Position numbers and translations under genes: made by a program. A stretch of 64,000 nucleotides of DNA from Mytilus edulis (taxonomy: Eukaryota), in assembly GCF_963676685.1 (NCBI RefSeq), contig NC_092352.1:25234001-25298000 (forward strand), in the 5' to 3' direction. Positions 35,203-48,313 of the stretch are shown piece by piece; within the stretch, counting starts at the first letter, position 1; the number at the start of each line of letters is the position of its first letter. Under the pieces are notes generated by a model. It was not told where the DNA came from. It did no database searches and saw only the letters and a list, made by a program, of their open reading frames with translations.

Positions 35203-37044
35203 ATGCAACAGAAGGAGACAGGCACAGACTTTTTGTCACAAATCAATGAATCATCATATAATCAAGATGAGAATACTTTAATAAGTGATCAACAAAAGGA
35301 GACAGACCCAGACTTTTTGTCACAAATCAATAAATCTTCAAATAGTCAAGATGAGAATATTACTTTAACGAGAAATCAAGGATCCAAGAAGTGCCAGTGT
35401 CAGATATGCAAAAACTTTTACTTTTCTGAATACTCTTTAAAGATTCACTTGAAACGTATGCATGCAGAAAACTTGGTTCATACTTGTAGGAATTGTGGAA
35501 AAAGCTTTAACCAAAGATACAACTTATTTATTCATATGAAGTATCACTACAATCAAATACCTAGACCATTTGCATGCAAAGAATGTGGTAAAACTTTCAC
35601 TTCAAAACATCGTTTATTCGTTCATCAACAGACCCATTCTACTGATAAGTTTACTTGTAGCATTTGTGGAAAAGAATTGTTAACCTCAGAGGGTAGAAGA
35701 AATCACTATCGACGTCATGTCAAAGAAAAAAGGCATGCATATGAAATATGTGGTCACAAATTTCATTCTCCTTCAGAACTGGATGCCCATTCTATAACAC
35801 ATGAGAGACAGTTTTTTGAATGTTCTTTGTGCAATAAAAAATATTCTACATACAAACTGCTTGAAAGACATGAGAAGATTCACACTGGAAATTATGATAG
35901 ACCTGTTACATGTCACCTTTGTCACAAGTTTTTCTTCCGATTGTCTGTTTTAAAAAGACATATAAAAGAAGTGCATAGCAGTACTACCTACAGTTGTGAT
36001 ATCTGCGGAACTAAGACAAAATCTGAAAAAAATCTTAAATTACACTACAAGAGGATTCATTCAACACGTTCAGGAGAAAAGAAGTTTAATTGTACAGTTT
36101 GTGACAAAAAATTTAGTTTTAAAACCTGCTTAGTTGACCATTTCAGAAGATGTCACACTGACCCAGAAAATGTAAAATATCCTTATACTTGTCATATTTG
36201 TAAAAAAGGATTTTTTGTAAAAGCAATATATGAAGGTCACTTAAATACCCATTTTGGAAAAAGACCATTTTCATGTCAGTATTGTCCTAAATCTTACTGT
36301 AATATTTATTATCTAAATATTCATACCAAAAGAACTCATTCTGGAAGAAAAGTCTGTAAACCAAAGCCATTTGAGTGTGAATTTTGTGGTAAAATGTTTG
36401 ATTATAAAAGTACAAGAAAAGAACACATCAGAAAACACACAGGATATTATTGCCCATTTGTATGTTCAATTTGTGGAAAAACTTTAAAATCAAAATTAAG
36501 TTATAAGATGCATCAAAACACACATTCAAGACCATTTCACTGTGGAATTTGTCAAGCAAGATATAGTTCTAATAAAGCACTTGTTAAACATATGAAATCG
36601 CATGAGAAGGAATTACCGGCACCAAAAATAAAAGTTGAAGATGAAACTATAGGACAGAAAACAAGATTGGTAGGTTTTGAAGAACACATTGCTTCATCCA
36701 ATAAGTTTAAGAATTTAGATACAGTACAACCAAATTTTACTGTTAGCACAATAATAGATGGACATGACTTACAAGAATTTTCTATTTCCAATGCAAAGTC
36801 AGGTCTTACAAGTTCCACATTGCCAAATCCTACAGTAAAGACTGAACAACCTTCAAGATATATTCCTTTCAACAGCCACCATGAGGAAGACAGCAACCTC
36901 AATTCCACTACTAGTAATGTGCTTATGTTAAACAAAATAGGATCTTTTAAAGTCAGTGCAGAAAGTCTAAAAGAGATATTAAGTGGAAAGCAAGTTTTAT
37001 CTCTTGTCAAAAGGGAGAATGCTATAAAGAAAGAAAATCAGTAA
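35203..37044 (+). CDS. C2H2 zinc-finger protein (14 fingers, finger 5 degenerate), encoded by a single large exon
   Basis: 613-aa ORF with tandem CxxC-x12-Hx3-4H motifs and HTG/KRPF-type linkers. Splice acceptor ctgttttcag| at 35108/35109. N-terminal 28-aa duplication. Confidence 0.92.
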   Translation: MQQKETGTDFLSQINESSYNQDENTLISDQQKETDPDFLSQINKSSNSQDENITLTRNQGSKKCQCQICKNFYFSEYSLKIHLKRMHAENLVHTCRNCGKSFNQRYNLFIHMKYHYNQIPRPFACKECGKTFTSKHRLFVHQQTHSTDKFTCSICGKELLTSEGRRNHYRRHVKEKRHAYEICGHKFHSPSELDAHSITHERQFFECSLCNKKYSTYKLLERHEKIHTGNYDRPVTCHLCHKFFFRLSVLKRHIKEVHSSTTYSCDICGTKTKSEKNLKLHYKRIHSTRSGEKKFNCTVCDKKFSFKTCLVDHFRRCHTDPENVKYPYTCHICKKGFFVKAIYEGHLNTHFGKRPFSCQYCPKSYCNIYYLNIHTKRTHSGRKVCKPKPFECEFCGKMFDYKSTRKEHIRKHTGYYCPFVCSICGKTLKSKLSYKMHQNTHSRPFHCGICQARYSSNKALVKHMKSHEKELPAPKIKVEDETIGQKTRLVGFEEHIASSNKFKNLDTVQPNFTVSTIIDGHDLQEFSISNAKSGLTSSTLPNPTVKTEQPSRYIPFNSHHEEDSNLNSTTSNVLMLNKIGSFKVSAESLKEILSGKQVLSLVKRENAIKKENQ

Positions 37045-38715
37045 AGTACATTGTAAATGGTTGTTGTGCAAGTAGAGATTGTCTTGTTTATGTGTTTTGA
37101 CATAGATTTATTTCATTTTTTGAGAGAAAAAAAATTTAATTATTACTTTTTCAAATATACATGTTTGACGTCACCCTTCTGAATCGAAAGACAAGTATAT
37201 ATGAAAACAATTTTTTTTATTAATGATTAAAATGAAAAACCTTTTATTAATCCTTTTAAACTTAAAAAAAAAAACATCAAACTTATATTTTATCACTAAT
37301 TAACAGTACAAGATTTTAGAATAGTAAAGTTGTTAACTTATCATGCTTATGATGAGGTGTGTACAAGTATTTTGAGTATCAGGGAATGAATATGCACATT
37401 TGTAGATATGAAAATTTAAGCCTATTTAATGTTAATTATTGTCAAAATGTACATAAAATATTTAAGATCAAATTCATTATAAATAAATGGATGGGTTTTA
37501 AGAGCATTTAAACAATGTAACAAATGTTGATGCTTACAACCAATGTGTAAAAACTGAAGTTGAATAAATATCAAAATATTTTAAATAAAATATAATAAGA
37601 GATGATATGATGTCATGAGATGTCCTTAAGCATTATGTTCCATATATATAGATATAAGATGATGTGATATAAGTGCTAATGAGCCAACTCTCATTCCAAG
37701 TTACAATTGGTAAAAGTCTTGGCTTCCTTATAGTCTTCCGTTATCCTGTATCATAATTATTTTTTTTACTCATAATATATCTGACATGTACATTGTATAT
37801 TGACATTGTATATTACATTGTGATGATCTGAAGAAAAACGTTGCAAAGATGCAACCAAAATTATTTTGATATAGTGTATTGCAATCGTCCTTTCTTTTGT
37901 CCAACTAGTATTTTTGTCTCACTTTTCTTAGTTTCTTCTAAACAAATTCAATTCATATTGGTTAACATCTTAACAGTGATGAGTTGTATTTTGTGAGCAA
38001 TTTTTTTATCTGTCGAACACCTCCTTCCTCTTTGCTGATACTTTTCATTTTTCAATGAGTTGAATAAACTGTTCAGTGTGAGCTAAGGCTCCATGTTAAT
38101 GGTTTACTTTTATAAATTGTTACTTGGATGGAGAGATGTCTCATTGGCACTCAATTGACTCAAACAACATCTTCCTATATCTATTAATATTTTGTCACAT
38201 TTTTCCAGATTTCTCAACTAAATAACATCATAGGGGGTCTGTCAGGTCTGTGCTCTGACCGTGATGACTTGTAACATGTTAGCACTTATCAGATCTTTCA
38301 GATTGTCTCCAACAATGGACAAAAACACTAAAAAAGAAAACATCAAAAAACAAATTTGTTGCCCTGATTTCAGACTTGGCCAATTGCTGCTGTAACCTTA
38401 TTCTTTTACCAAGTGACCTCAAAAATCAAAAGGTGTTAGTTTATTTATTGACTTGCATCATGGTTATTAACAAATCAATGTTGTTAAAAGTTGGGACATT
38501 TGGTTCAAAAGATAAGATGTTGAAACCCACAATTCAGTCTATCAATAGCTTCTGTGACCTCAATCTTTGACCTGTTGTCCCAAATTTCAGTAGGGATCTC
38601 CAACCTCATTGACCAACCAACTTTGGTTAAAATAGGCATACAGTTGAAGGATAATAGAATAGGACATAATCCAACATAGTTTGTCAAAATATAAATGACT
38701 TCTGTTTATAGTTAT

Positions 38716-39690
38716 AACAAGAGTGCACACGCTGAAATGTCTTGCCTTCTTTACTAATCATTGATATCATGTTGATATTCATAAATATAAAGCTAAACTA
38801 CAACTATCACGTAAACTTAACATGATCCAAGAAAATGAGGTCATGGTCATACAAACCAAACATGAAATACATTTACACCTTACAATCATTCAATACACTA
38901 AATATAGATGACCTATTGCTTATAGTTTCTAACTTACAGACTAAATCAAGAAAACTAAACATTGACCAATGAACCATGAAAATGAGGTCAATGTCAGATG
39001 AACCATGCTAGGCAGACATGTACAGCCTCCAATTCTTCCATACAACAAATAAAGGTGACCTATTGCTTATAGTTGAAGAAAAACAGACAAAAACACAAAC
39101 ACTTAATACTGAGTAATGAACTGTGAAAATGAGGCCAAGGTCAATTCAAACCTGCGAGACCGACATGTACATCATCAAAATATTTTCATACATCAAATGT
39201 TTTAAACATATTGCATACAGTATACAGACTAAAACACAAATCTTAACTTAACCACTAAACCATGTTGGACATTTACAAATTACAGTCCTTCTATACACTG
39301 AATATACTAGACCTATTGCTTAAAGTATCCAAGATATGGACTTCACTTATCTATGAAATGAGGTTGAGGTCAAGTGAAAACTGTCTTGACGGGCATGAGG
39401 ACCTTGCAAGCTACCCACATACCAAATATAGTCACCCTTTTACTCATAATAAGAGAGAAATTAACATTAATTTTTTTTTTCAAATAGTCGCTGAACCAAG
39501 AAAATAAGGTCAAGGATAATGGACAGACGGAAATATCGTAACATGAGGCCTCTTTTTACAAAGAATAAAACATCCAGGTCTTTCACCTTCTAAAATATAA
39601 AGCTTTTAAGGAGTAAAATGCCACCACCTCAGAATTACTATTCCTATGTGAAGCTTTCTGCGACAGAGGTCACAGGCTTGACAAAAAAAA
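38716..39690 (+). mobile_element. Helentron-associated non-autonomous element (HINE/DINE-1/pearl-like) with internal tandem core repeats
   Basis: Begins aacaagag..., contains several diverged ~145-230-bp units marked by gaaaatgaggtca.ggtca and gacctattgctta, and ends in a hairpin-like segment followed by an A-run. Confidence 0.65.
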
Positions 39691-42404
39691 GACCAAACAC
39701 AAAAACTAGAGATCAATGAACCATAAAAATAAGGTCATGATCGCATGAATATCTGCCAGACATGTACACCTTACAATAATTTGATACACCAAAAATAGTT
39801 GACTTACTGTCAAGAACACAGAACTCAGTACATGCATCATTAATTTCTATTGCTAAAACTTGGGTCAGCACTTTTGCTAGTACCATCTGCTCCAAAACGT
39901 TTTTTGCAGAACAGACTTGATTTTAATATTACATTAGATTGATTGGAGTTTAATGAAAACTTTCAACACAACATGTTGGCTTTTTTTTTGGTAGCCAGTT
40001 TTTGTTGTTGGGGAAAGCTGCAATTGACAGAAGAGGAACTACTAATACCACTCAACCACCAAGGCCCCAATATAACATTAGATGCTGTACCAAAACTAAG
40101 ATTGCAACTTCCTGAATCATGGCTGACAGTTCACCTTAGAAACATCTTTTTAAGTATTTGGCCTCGTGAACTTTTTGTGGAACGTATACTGTATAGACAT
40201 TTCCAGAGTGCAAAATACAGTCAGTGTTCTCCATTTTTCACCAAGGTAAGATGGGTGTTTTGATTAAATCACTTGCAACCGGGTGGTTTTTTTTTGTTTT
40301 AACATATGCAAGAGAAATCAATATTGTTCACCTTTGTTTAGATCACTTTTCTTATATAGAACTTGCATGATGTTAAATTTTATTGGAATGAAATATTTGC
40401 TAGACATTAGTTCCTGCAATAGACCACAGCAAATTTATAAGCATATGTTCTGTAGGAATATGTCATGTGCACTGAAGACGGTATTCTTAGTTTACACCTC
40501 ATTACATATTGTGATAACAAAGCAATAAAATACACAAAATGAATAAAAAATATTTTATTTACAAGACATATTTTGATGATGATGAATTGATAAATGTAAA
40601 TGAAATGCGTTAAATCCTTCCTGCAAGAAATATTTAAATGAAAATTAAAAATTAAGAGATCCTTTTCTAGCAAATTGAACATTTGCAATATTAGTTTTCT
40701 CATCATCAATTCAACCATCACATTCAAATGAACATTTTTAAAAAGAGGTATATTTTCTGAATAAAATTTGATTATACACCTTAAGTCATTTAAGTATAGA
40801 ATTGTCGGCCTTTAAATTCATTTTCACACAACTTTTGGAGAAATTTAACAATGACAATTTGACACAAGTTGATTTTGATTTCAAACGAATTATCCATTGA
40901 ATCATATGATAGTCACAAACAACTTGACAAAAAGGTCTGAAGTAATACATATTTAAAATTAAAATTTCCATTCATCTCTGTTTCTGCCCTTTATTTTCTT
41001 CATGTTTTGAAAAAATATTAATGGAAAATAAATATTGTCTACAAATACAGTAAAAGAGAACATAGACTTTAGTCAAAAAGGTATTTATTTGTAATATGTG
41101 CAAAATTGCAAAAAATATATTAGGTTATATATAAAACACAGCACTAGTGTTCAAAATTGAGATCCCCAAGTAATAAAGCTGGAGAGTACCCACAAAGAAA
41201 AAATGCCAAATAAAACAACTACAACTGATTCTAACCATAAATTACCCAAATACACTAAAATCTAGTCATGTCAGCCCTTTTCTATTTCAAAATTAAAATA
41301 ATTTTCACATTCATTCCTGGTCCAACTTCATTTGTACTGCAGTATTTTTTTTAACATTTAATGTGATATGGAAATATAAAGAAGATCAAATTTTCCTAAT
41401 GACCAAATTATTCGATCACTTGGCTTTCTCTACTATCAACTGATTTGATCAATCTTACACATTAAAATAAAACAATAAAATACAAAAGTGATTTGTGTGA
41501 TGAAAACTAAATCAGGTTCTCAAGTTTTATAAATGTTCTAGCATACCTGAAGTAACCATGACATATATCTTGTATGACATACAAAAAACATCAACATAAA
41601 TAGTACATATTACAGTAAAACAAATTAACTATTATTCAATGTATTCAAATCATGACCAACCACAATGTAACATTTGTGTATTTTTCTTTTTCTCTCAAAA
41701 CAATAATGCATATGTCAATGAATAAGTTTTTGGTACCTATATGGACTTAGAAAGATACTGACATAATTTGTGTGCAGAATTCCAAAATTTTTTTGTTCAG
41801 TTGCCTTGTGTCCAGAATAAGTTTTTTGGGGGAGCTTATAATCAACATTTATAGGAACAAGAGATTAATATATGAGTCTTTTTAATATGTGGAAAATGGA
41901 AATATTTATGTATTTATATTTATTATATACTCAAAAATGTTATGCTAAGTCCATATTGTCCATGAAACTTTTAGGACGAAAATAAATAATAATAAATGTT
42001 CAGGTTTACATGTGCATTTTTTTTTCTTGTTTAATATGAAGTATAAATTTTAAATTGTTTAAAATAATAAAACAAAATAAAATTATATGCAAATATAAAT
42101 TACTTTGAAAACTGAATTGCAAATATTAAAATCAACAAAATAAAAACATGTAGATTTCATTTGAAATAAGATATAATAGTTCTTCTATTTCATTTATCGA
42201 GTACACGCTCTCCAAGCCTATTTAGGCTGTTCACTGAAATTGAATCTTACAAGAATTTATCAATGATCACAGTATATTTCATTCTTCTCTTTACTCGATG
42301 ATGGATCCATTCACTCTTATAAAGTTTTCACATAACTACAATACTCAATCAAGTGTCAGTGAGAATTATTTCCTTTGCCTTTCCTATATAAGTTCTTTCA
42401 AACA

Positions 42405-45400
42405 TCAATCAGTTTCCATCTGCAAATGAATAATTTAAAATATTATTTAATAACAACACATTTTTCATAACTATAAGAAAACACAACACACCAGTTTTTT
42501 GACAACCTTTAAATTGTTATGATATACATAGCTTGCTTATCTCCCTTTCTAAGGTCAAGTGTCTCATCTCTAGTCATTTTATAACTTATCAGTGGATGTC
42601 TAATATTTTTATTGATTTTTTTGTCATTCAATACAGATCTTTCTTAGTTTGTAATAAATTTGTGTAATCCCAATAAAAGGTAGGACAGTACTGGCTTATT
42701 TTGAAAGATTTTTGGTTCCCCTTATTGAATAACATTATCTCAAATAAATGTGGTTGGTAGTTTAAAATATTCAACCAAAACACGGTGTCAATTTTACCTG
42801 ACTGCAACAATAAATGATATATTCTGTTCCAAAACACTTCAATTATAGCACCCCATTATTATGTTATCTTTATATCTCTCTAATATGCATCCTTTGGCTT
42901 ATGATCAATAAAATTATTTTTTTAAGTATGTGCACGATGTTTGATGAATCAGCAATACTCCCAAAAGTTTATTCTAACTTTTACCTTTGAATTATATGCT
43001 TCTAATTCAGCATCAAGTTCTTCTGCTGTTCTAGGTTTCTTATTTCCTCCTCCACGTCCTCTTCCTCCCCGACCTCTAAATCCTCCTCCTCCACCACCAC
43101 CACCACCACCACCTCCTCCTCCTCCTCGCCTGCCACCACGACTAAACCTTCAATTTAAAAGTTCAGTGAAAACATAGGTTATATTTCATAAATAAGACTT
43201 GCATGTTATATATAACGTATATATTATCAAATGTAAGAATTTTATATCTTAAACATATTTAATTTGCAGATTTACCTAGAAAATACTTGAAAATGGAATT
43301 AAACAGAAGTAATCAGCCTTTTTTCTGAAACTTAACTTATCATTCTATTTATAATATCCTCCAGCAGTAATGTTGTTTTAATCATCGTTTACATACAATA
43401 TATATGGACAGACTTATGATTGTTTACATCCACGTTAACTTTAGCTTTAACAGTTGTCTCATTAGCAGTCAAACCATATCTAACATTGATAATGAACAAA
43501 TGGATGAGTAGACACCAGGATTACTATGTACCGCTGCTCCATTATCAGGTTATAGTTATAGTACAATGATCAAACATATGAATTCAGGGAATATCATTAA
43601 CCACACAATTGTAGGCGAAAAAAATCTTCCATAATTTTATCAAGTATCAAACAAAAACATTTGATCAGCTGTATATAGACTTTAGAGTAAACTTAAAACT
43701 GTTTGATTGCCAGCTGCACACACATATAATTTATATAGCTGTATATATATATCATTATGAGTTAGCTAAAGCTATTTTAAATTAAGAGCAACCTACCCTC
43801 GTCCTCCTCCTCTTCCTCCACCACCACCACCTCCTCTGCTTACACCTAGTCTGCTTCTATTAAATCCATCTCCTGAACCAGAATCTGTTGGACCAATCAA
43901 CTGTATATTCATGGGTCGGCCTAAAACATTATTATATAAAAATTAAGTTTTAAATCTTTATAGCATAATACAATCATGGAAATACAATTTGTCATCATGA
44001 CATGGGAAATGAAATTAACTGTAACAATATATACATGCGTATGAACAAAATTGACTTTTGTGCTACTTTAAATATTGATTGAGGCCAAACATGATATTAG
44101 GAGTAAAGTTAATGTGTTTTTAAAAATGTACAGCACATGTATCTGTCCAATGATTTTGAATTTAAAATGAAATGATCATTCAGCTTCAAAGATTGATTGA
44201 TTTTTTATTACGCCAAATCAGCAAAAAAAGGCTATATCATGGTGTCAGCTTCCGAGAAAGTTGCTAATATAAACCTGTAGTTTTCATAAAATTCTCGCAT
44301 TGACACAAACTAGAAAGTCCTTGATCAGTAATGATTAGGTCACTGTAAATTATTGCTTATATTAATCTCTTGATAAAAATTTCATATAATTTGGACAAAA
44401 CAGGTGCTTACTATGGAATTTCCTACATACTTTTTTACTTGACATTACTTTACTTAGTCTTCATAAAAAGATCAATGATTTTTATCCTTATGTGTTTATA
44501 TATTTTTAATAAACTTTTATTTACACAATATATTGTTATTCAGATTCAACTGGAACAGTAGAAATTACCTAACTATTTGATACCAGATAAAAAGATGTTA
44601 TGTAACAACATGTATATATTCATTGACTATTACCATCTAAAGGAACATTATTATATTGTTTCATGGCTTTTGCAGCATCTGAATTTCTCTCATATATCAC
44701 TTCTGCTGTGCCTAAAGATCTTCCAGATCTGTCATAGTGTATAGCTGCCTTCTTCAATGGACCAAATTCTGCAAACAGTTCCTGAAGAAAAAAATTAAAA
44801 TGCAAGCATGCTTAAATGTACTCAAATTGAGCAGTTATGATCATATTTTCTAACTGGTTCTTTTGTTAAAACATCTATTATATGATTCAAGGTAATATGT
44901 CTATCATTTTGTTTTTCTTCATGTCTTAAGATTTTATGAACAAAACTATGCCACCTTTAATTTAGTAATATTTATAATGATTTTGTTTAAAATACATATT
45001 CGTGTAATCTTAAAACTTGTATTAATACATTGAAATATAAAATACAAATGTAATTCCTCACTGGTAAGATTTTATTCAAATATCTGCATGTTTTGAAAAT
45101 TAAGAATACAAGATAACAAGACTATCTGCATTTTGTACATGTATGTATTAAATGTTTCTTTTCCTATATTTCAAACTCCTACATAAAAGCAAAAGAACTA
45201 GGAACAACATGAAAATCTTATTAAATTGAAGTACCTGTATATCAGAATCATTGACCCCAAAGTCTAAATTGGATATATGTAGTTTACTTGTGCTGCCACC
45301 ACCCCCAACAGCAGCTCCTCCTCCTCTACCCCTCTTCATTGTACCAACATCTCCGTCAAACATATCATGCTTCCATACATCATCTGGTGTGTCTTTAGAC

Positions 45401-47456
45401 TAAACAAATGGAAAAACAAATCCTATTAATTTTTATGCATCAATCACGTTTCATGGTGTTACATTCTAGATTACTTGTTTAACTTAACTGGCATCAGCAT
45501 GTATAAACAGATACAAAAGGCTGTCAAAAAGTCAGCAAAAAAGTGGGTTTTTTTTATACAATTTCAGGCAAATATGCTGGTTATTAGACAAATATTCAAC
45601 AGTCCTATCAACATGATAAACAAATAATATATAGAGTCCAGAACTTGATGTCAAAATCATAGTTATTGTGTCTGGCAACTTAGTCTTTAATTCATCAATT
45701 CACAATTTATCATGTAAATTATATATACAATATATACAATTGTAAATGTAGAAAACCATGAAATAATTTTAGAACATTGTGTATTTGTGCATACTTTTTC
45801 AGAACAAGCAGTCTTCACGTCAATATTTTAAATCTACAGGCCTGAAGCTGAGTCTTATAAAATTTTTAGCTATATTCTATTGGCGTGTAGAGATATTTTT
45901 GACAGGCAAGACAGCATTTTTACAAGCCTAGGCTGGTGAGCCTACATATATGGTTGAGCCTGAAGACTGATCATGAAATAAATAACAGATATATCATATG
46001 TAGTATGAAAAATCACAAGGTACATGTAGCTAACAAAAAGTGTTTAATTCAACCTATATTTTCTAACATTCCCTTGCATTTCCCATGATTAAACATGTAC
46101 ACACATCAATCTGCTGGTAATTTATTTATCTTTACAACAATATAACATGTTTCATGAACTTTGTACAAGTATAGATAGTAAATCCCCCATTCACAGAACA
46201 CAATTGTCTGTGATCTAACAAAAAATAATACTACATATATTTATAGATTATTGTTGATTATCTCAACAAGATTGATTTTCTCGCTTGAGCCGAAAAGACG
46301 AAAGCAAAAAAAGCAATCGAGTTGAGATGACCAATGATGATCTGTTTATCGCTATTTTACCTATGACAACGTTTTCAATTTCATTAGCAACGCCACATGC
46401 CTCCTTTATTTCTAGCGATAATTTTCCATCTCAGGCGAGTAGCATGATATGAAAAATTATCACATAAAAAGATCAAACAAAAATGCACAAAATAGCGATA
46501 AGATGGTTTATAATACACCTTATTATGGCTATTTATCCGCCATTACTCAAAACTGGACATCACACAGGTTCCTGTAAAATTTTGAAACAATACAAATATC
46601 TGACGCCACAATGGAATTTAAGTGATTTTCATTTTTGTATGAAGCCATAGTTCAAATGGGACAGATTTTCATGTCAGCCAGGCTTAACGATAAGGTGTAT
46701 TTATATTCCTCAAATTAATGAGCATGTTGATAATAATCATAAACAAGAATGTGTCCTCAGTACACGAATGCCCCACTCGCACTATCATTTTCTATGTTCA
46801 GTGGACCGTGAAAGTGGGGTAAAATCTCTAATTTGGCATTAAAATTAGAAAGATCATATCATAGGGAACATGTGTACCAAGTTTGAAGTCGATTGGACTT
46901 CAACTTCATCAAAAACTACCTCGACCAAAAACTTTAACCTGAAGCGGGACAGACGGACGAACGAACGGACGGACGCACAGACCAGAAAACATAATGCCCC
47001 TCTACTATCGTAGGTGGGGCATAAAAAATTAGTGAATTGGACAAAAACTACTCTTAAGTAATGATAACCTGTGCAGTTGCAAAAGTTTTAAGGCCTAGCA
47101 TCCACAAATTATATTAAGAAATAGACAAAATAATGAAATGAAATTATGTACACAACAAAAACAAAGACTGGTCTGATGTCGACATCATTTTTGAAGTTTA
47201 CCCGGGAAAAGCTTTGTCTTCCTCCACCACCACTGGTTCTTCTTTTCTGAATGCCGCCACGAAACACTCCTCCTCCACCGCCGCCTCGATTCTGTCGGCC
47301 CCCAAAGCCTCCTCCCCCGCGTCTACCTCTTGTTGCACCACCGGCACCACCGCCGCCGGAACCGCGTCCCCTCCTTTGACCGCCTCCTCTACCACGACCT
47401 CCTTTTTTGGTTGACTTGATTATATCATCTAAACTCATGTCCATTTTGTCTCCCAT
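42405..47456 (-). CDS. ALYREF: THO complex subunit 4 / Aly-REF mRNA export adaptor, 6 exons, about 289 aa
   Basis: Exons 47456-47202, 45399-45235, 44781-44634, 43920-43797, 43147-42985, 42419-42405, all GT-AG and in phase. Motifs: N-terminal [19 protein letters not shown] tract, WKHDMF, RRM ([64 protein letters not shown]), second RGG tract, C-terminal [22 protein letters not shown]. An alternative ATG lies at 47462. Confidence 0.97.
46243..46502. repeat. Non-autonomous element with two pairs of inverted repeats, in ALYREF intron 1
   Basis: agattattgttgattatctcaac..gattg..ttt..gctt pairs with aagc..aaa..caatc..gttgagatgaccaatgatgatct; tttatcgctatttt pairs with aaaatagcgataa. Confidence 0.55.
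46742..47028 (+). mobile_element. Helentron-associated non-autonomous element (HINE/pearl-like) in ALYREF intron 1
   Basis: aacaag start, a single core unit, a (GACG/GAAC)n microsatellite at about 46948-46980, terminal hairpin atgcccc.ctac..gtag.ggggcat and an A-run. This is the standard DINE-1/HINE layout. Confidence 0.8.
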
Positions 47457-47535
47457 TGTCATAACCTTTGTAGAAATACGTTGTTCAATCAATATCTACC
47501 GGCTTTGTTGGTGTTCTCGTGTTCTCTGTTTAGTG

Positions 47536-47546
47536 AAAATGGCGGC
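47536..47546. promoter_or_regulatory. YY1 motif (AAAATGGCGGC) in the ALYREF TSS region
   Basis: Exact YY1 consensus about 80 bp upstream of the start codon, within a locally CpG-rich segment. Confidence 0.6.
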
Positions 47547-47830
47547 ATACGAGTGGTGCACGATGGGATAGGGAATTTTATAATAAGATTGTCTCCCCTT
47601 GCTTTTGAAAAAAAATAAGTGCGGGTTGGATCTTGCCTCGATCACAGGGGCACATGAATCTTATGTTAAAATGTACTATGCCTTACGCCCAACAAAAAAC
47701 TCGAAGAATGCCTAGTCTTTTTCTTGTAAATATGGCGTATATGTACTGTAAAAGATAAAAAAAAAAAAAAAAGAATTAGATTATATAAATTTTATGAGCC
47801 AATGTTGGACCCCGAGGGGCATAAAGATTA

Positions 47831-48313
47831 GAATGTAGGACAGAAAGTCACAGGACAAAAAGTCACAGACAAAAAGTCACGGACAAAAAGTCACAGGACA
47901 AAAAGTTACAATTCATATTTTCTTTGAATAAAAAACCCTTATTTCTACAAAAATATTTTTGTATTTTTCTTGAACTATTGTATATAAACCAACTTTGTAA
48001 ACAAAATTTTTCATTTAAGATGATCAAATAATTGTTAAAAAAAACATATTGTCAACGTTGCTTTGCACTTAAATGGCTTCATGGTGCCAAGAAATATATC
48101 TTTTGCATGATTAAAATTAAATAAATCTTCATTTTTCAAGTATAATGACACATTTCCTCAACTTTAGTATGCATATTTCAAAATATTCTCTTATATATCC
48201 AAGCAATTGTCAGCAAATTATTTGTGACTTTTTGTCCTGTGACTATTTGTCCTACCTAATTTGTGACTTTATGTCCTGTGACTTTTTGTCCTGTGACTTT
48301 CTGTCCGTTTACC
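47831..48313. mobile_element. Foldback-type MITE with inverted arrays of 15-bp subterminal repeats
   Basis: About 5 copies of ggacaaaaagtcaca at 47838-47910 and inverted tgtgactttttgtcc copies at 48223-48306, with an AT-rich spacer. No clear TSD. Confidence 0.8.

Noticed and set aside
36552-37010. 152-aa minus-strand ORF (also 24121-24330 and 15055-15273)
   Set aside because: Antisense to real coding exons, with no independent motifs.
42941-43177. Proline-rich ORF on the plus strand (also 47214-47414)
   Set aside because: Antisense shadow of the Gly/Arg-rich ALYREF exons.
45430-45500. Intronic C/D box snoRNA in ALYREF
   Set aside because: No properly placed RUGAUGA and CUGA boxes with a terminal stem.
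45837-45962. hAT-like MITE (caggc...gcctg)
   Set aside because: Only about 5 bp of inverted match and no 8-bp TSD.
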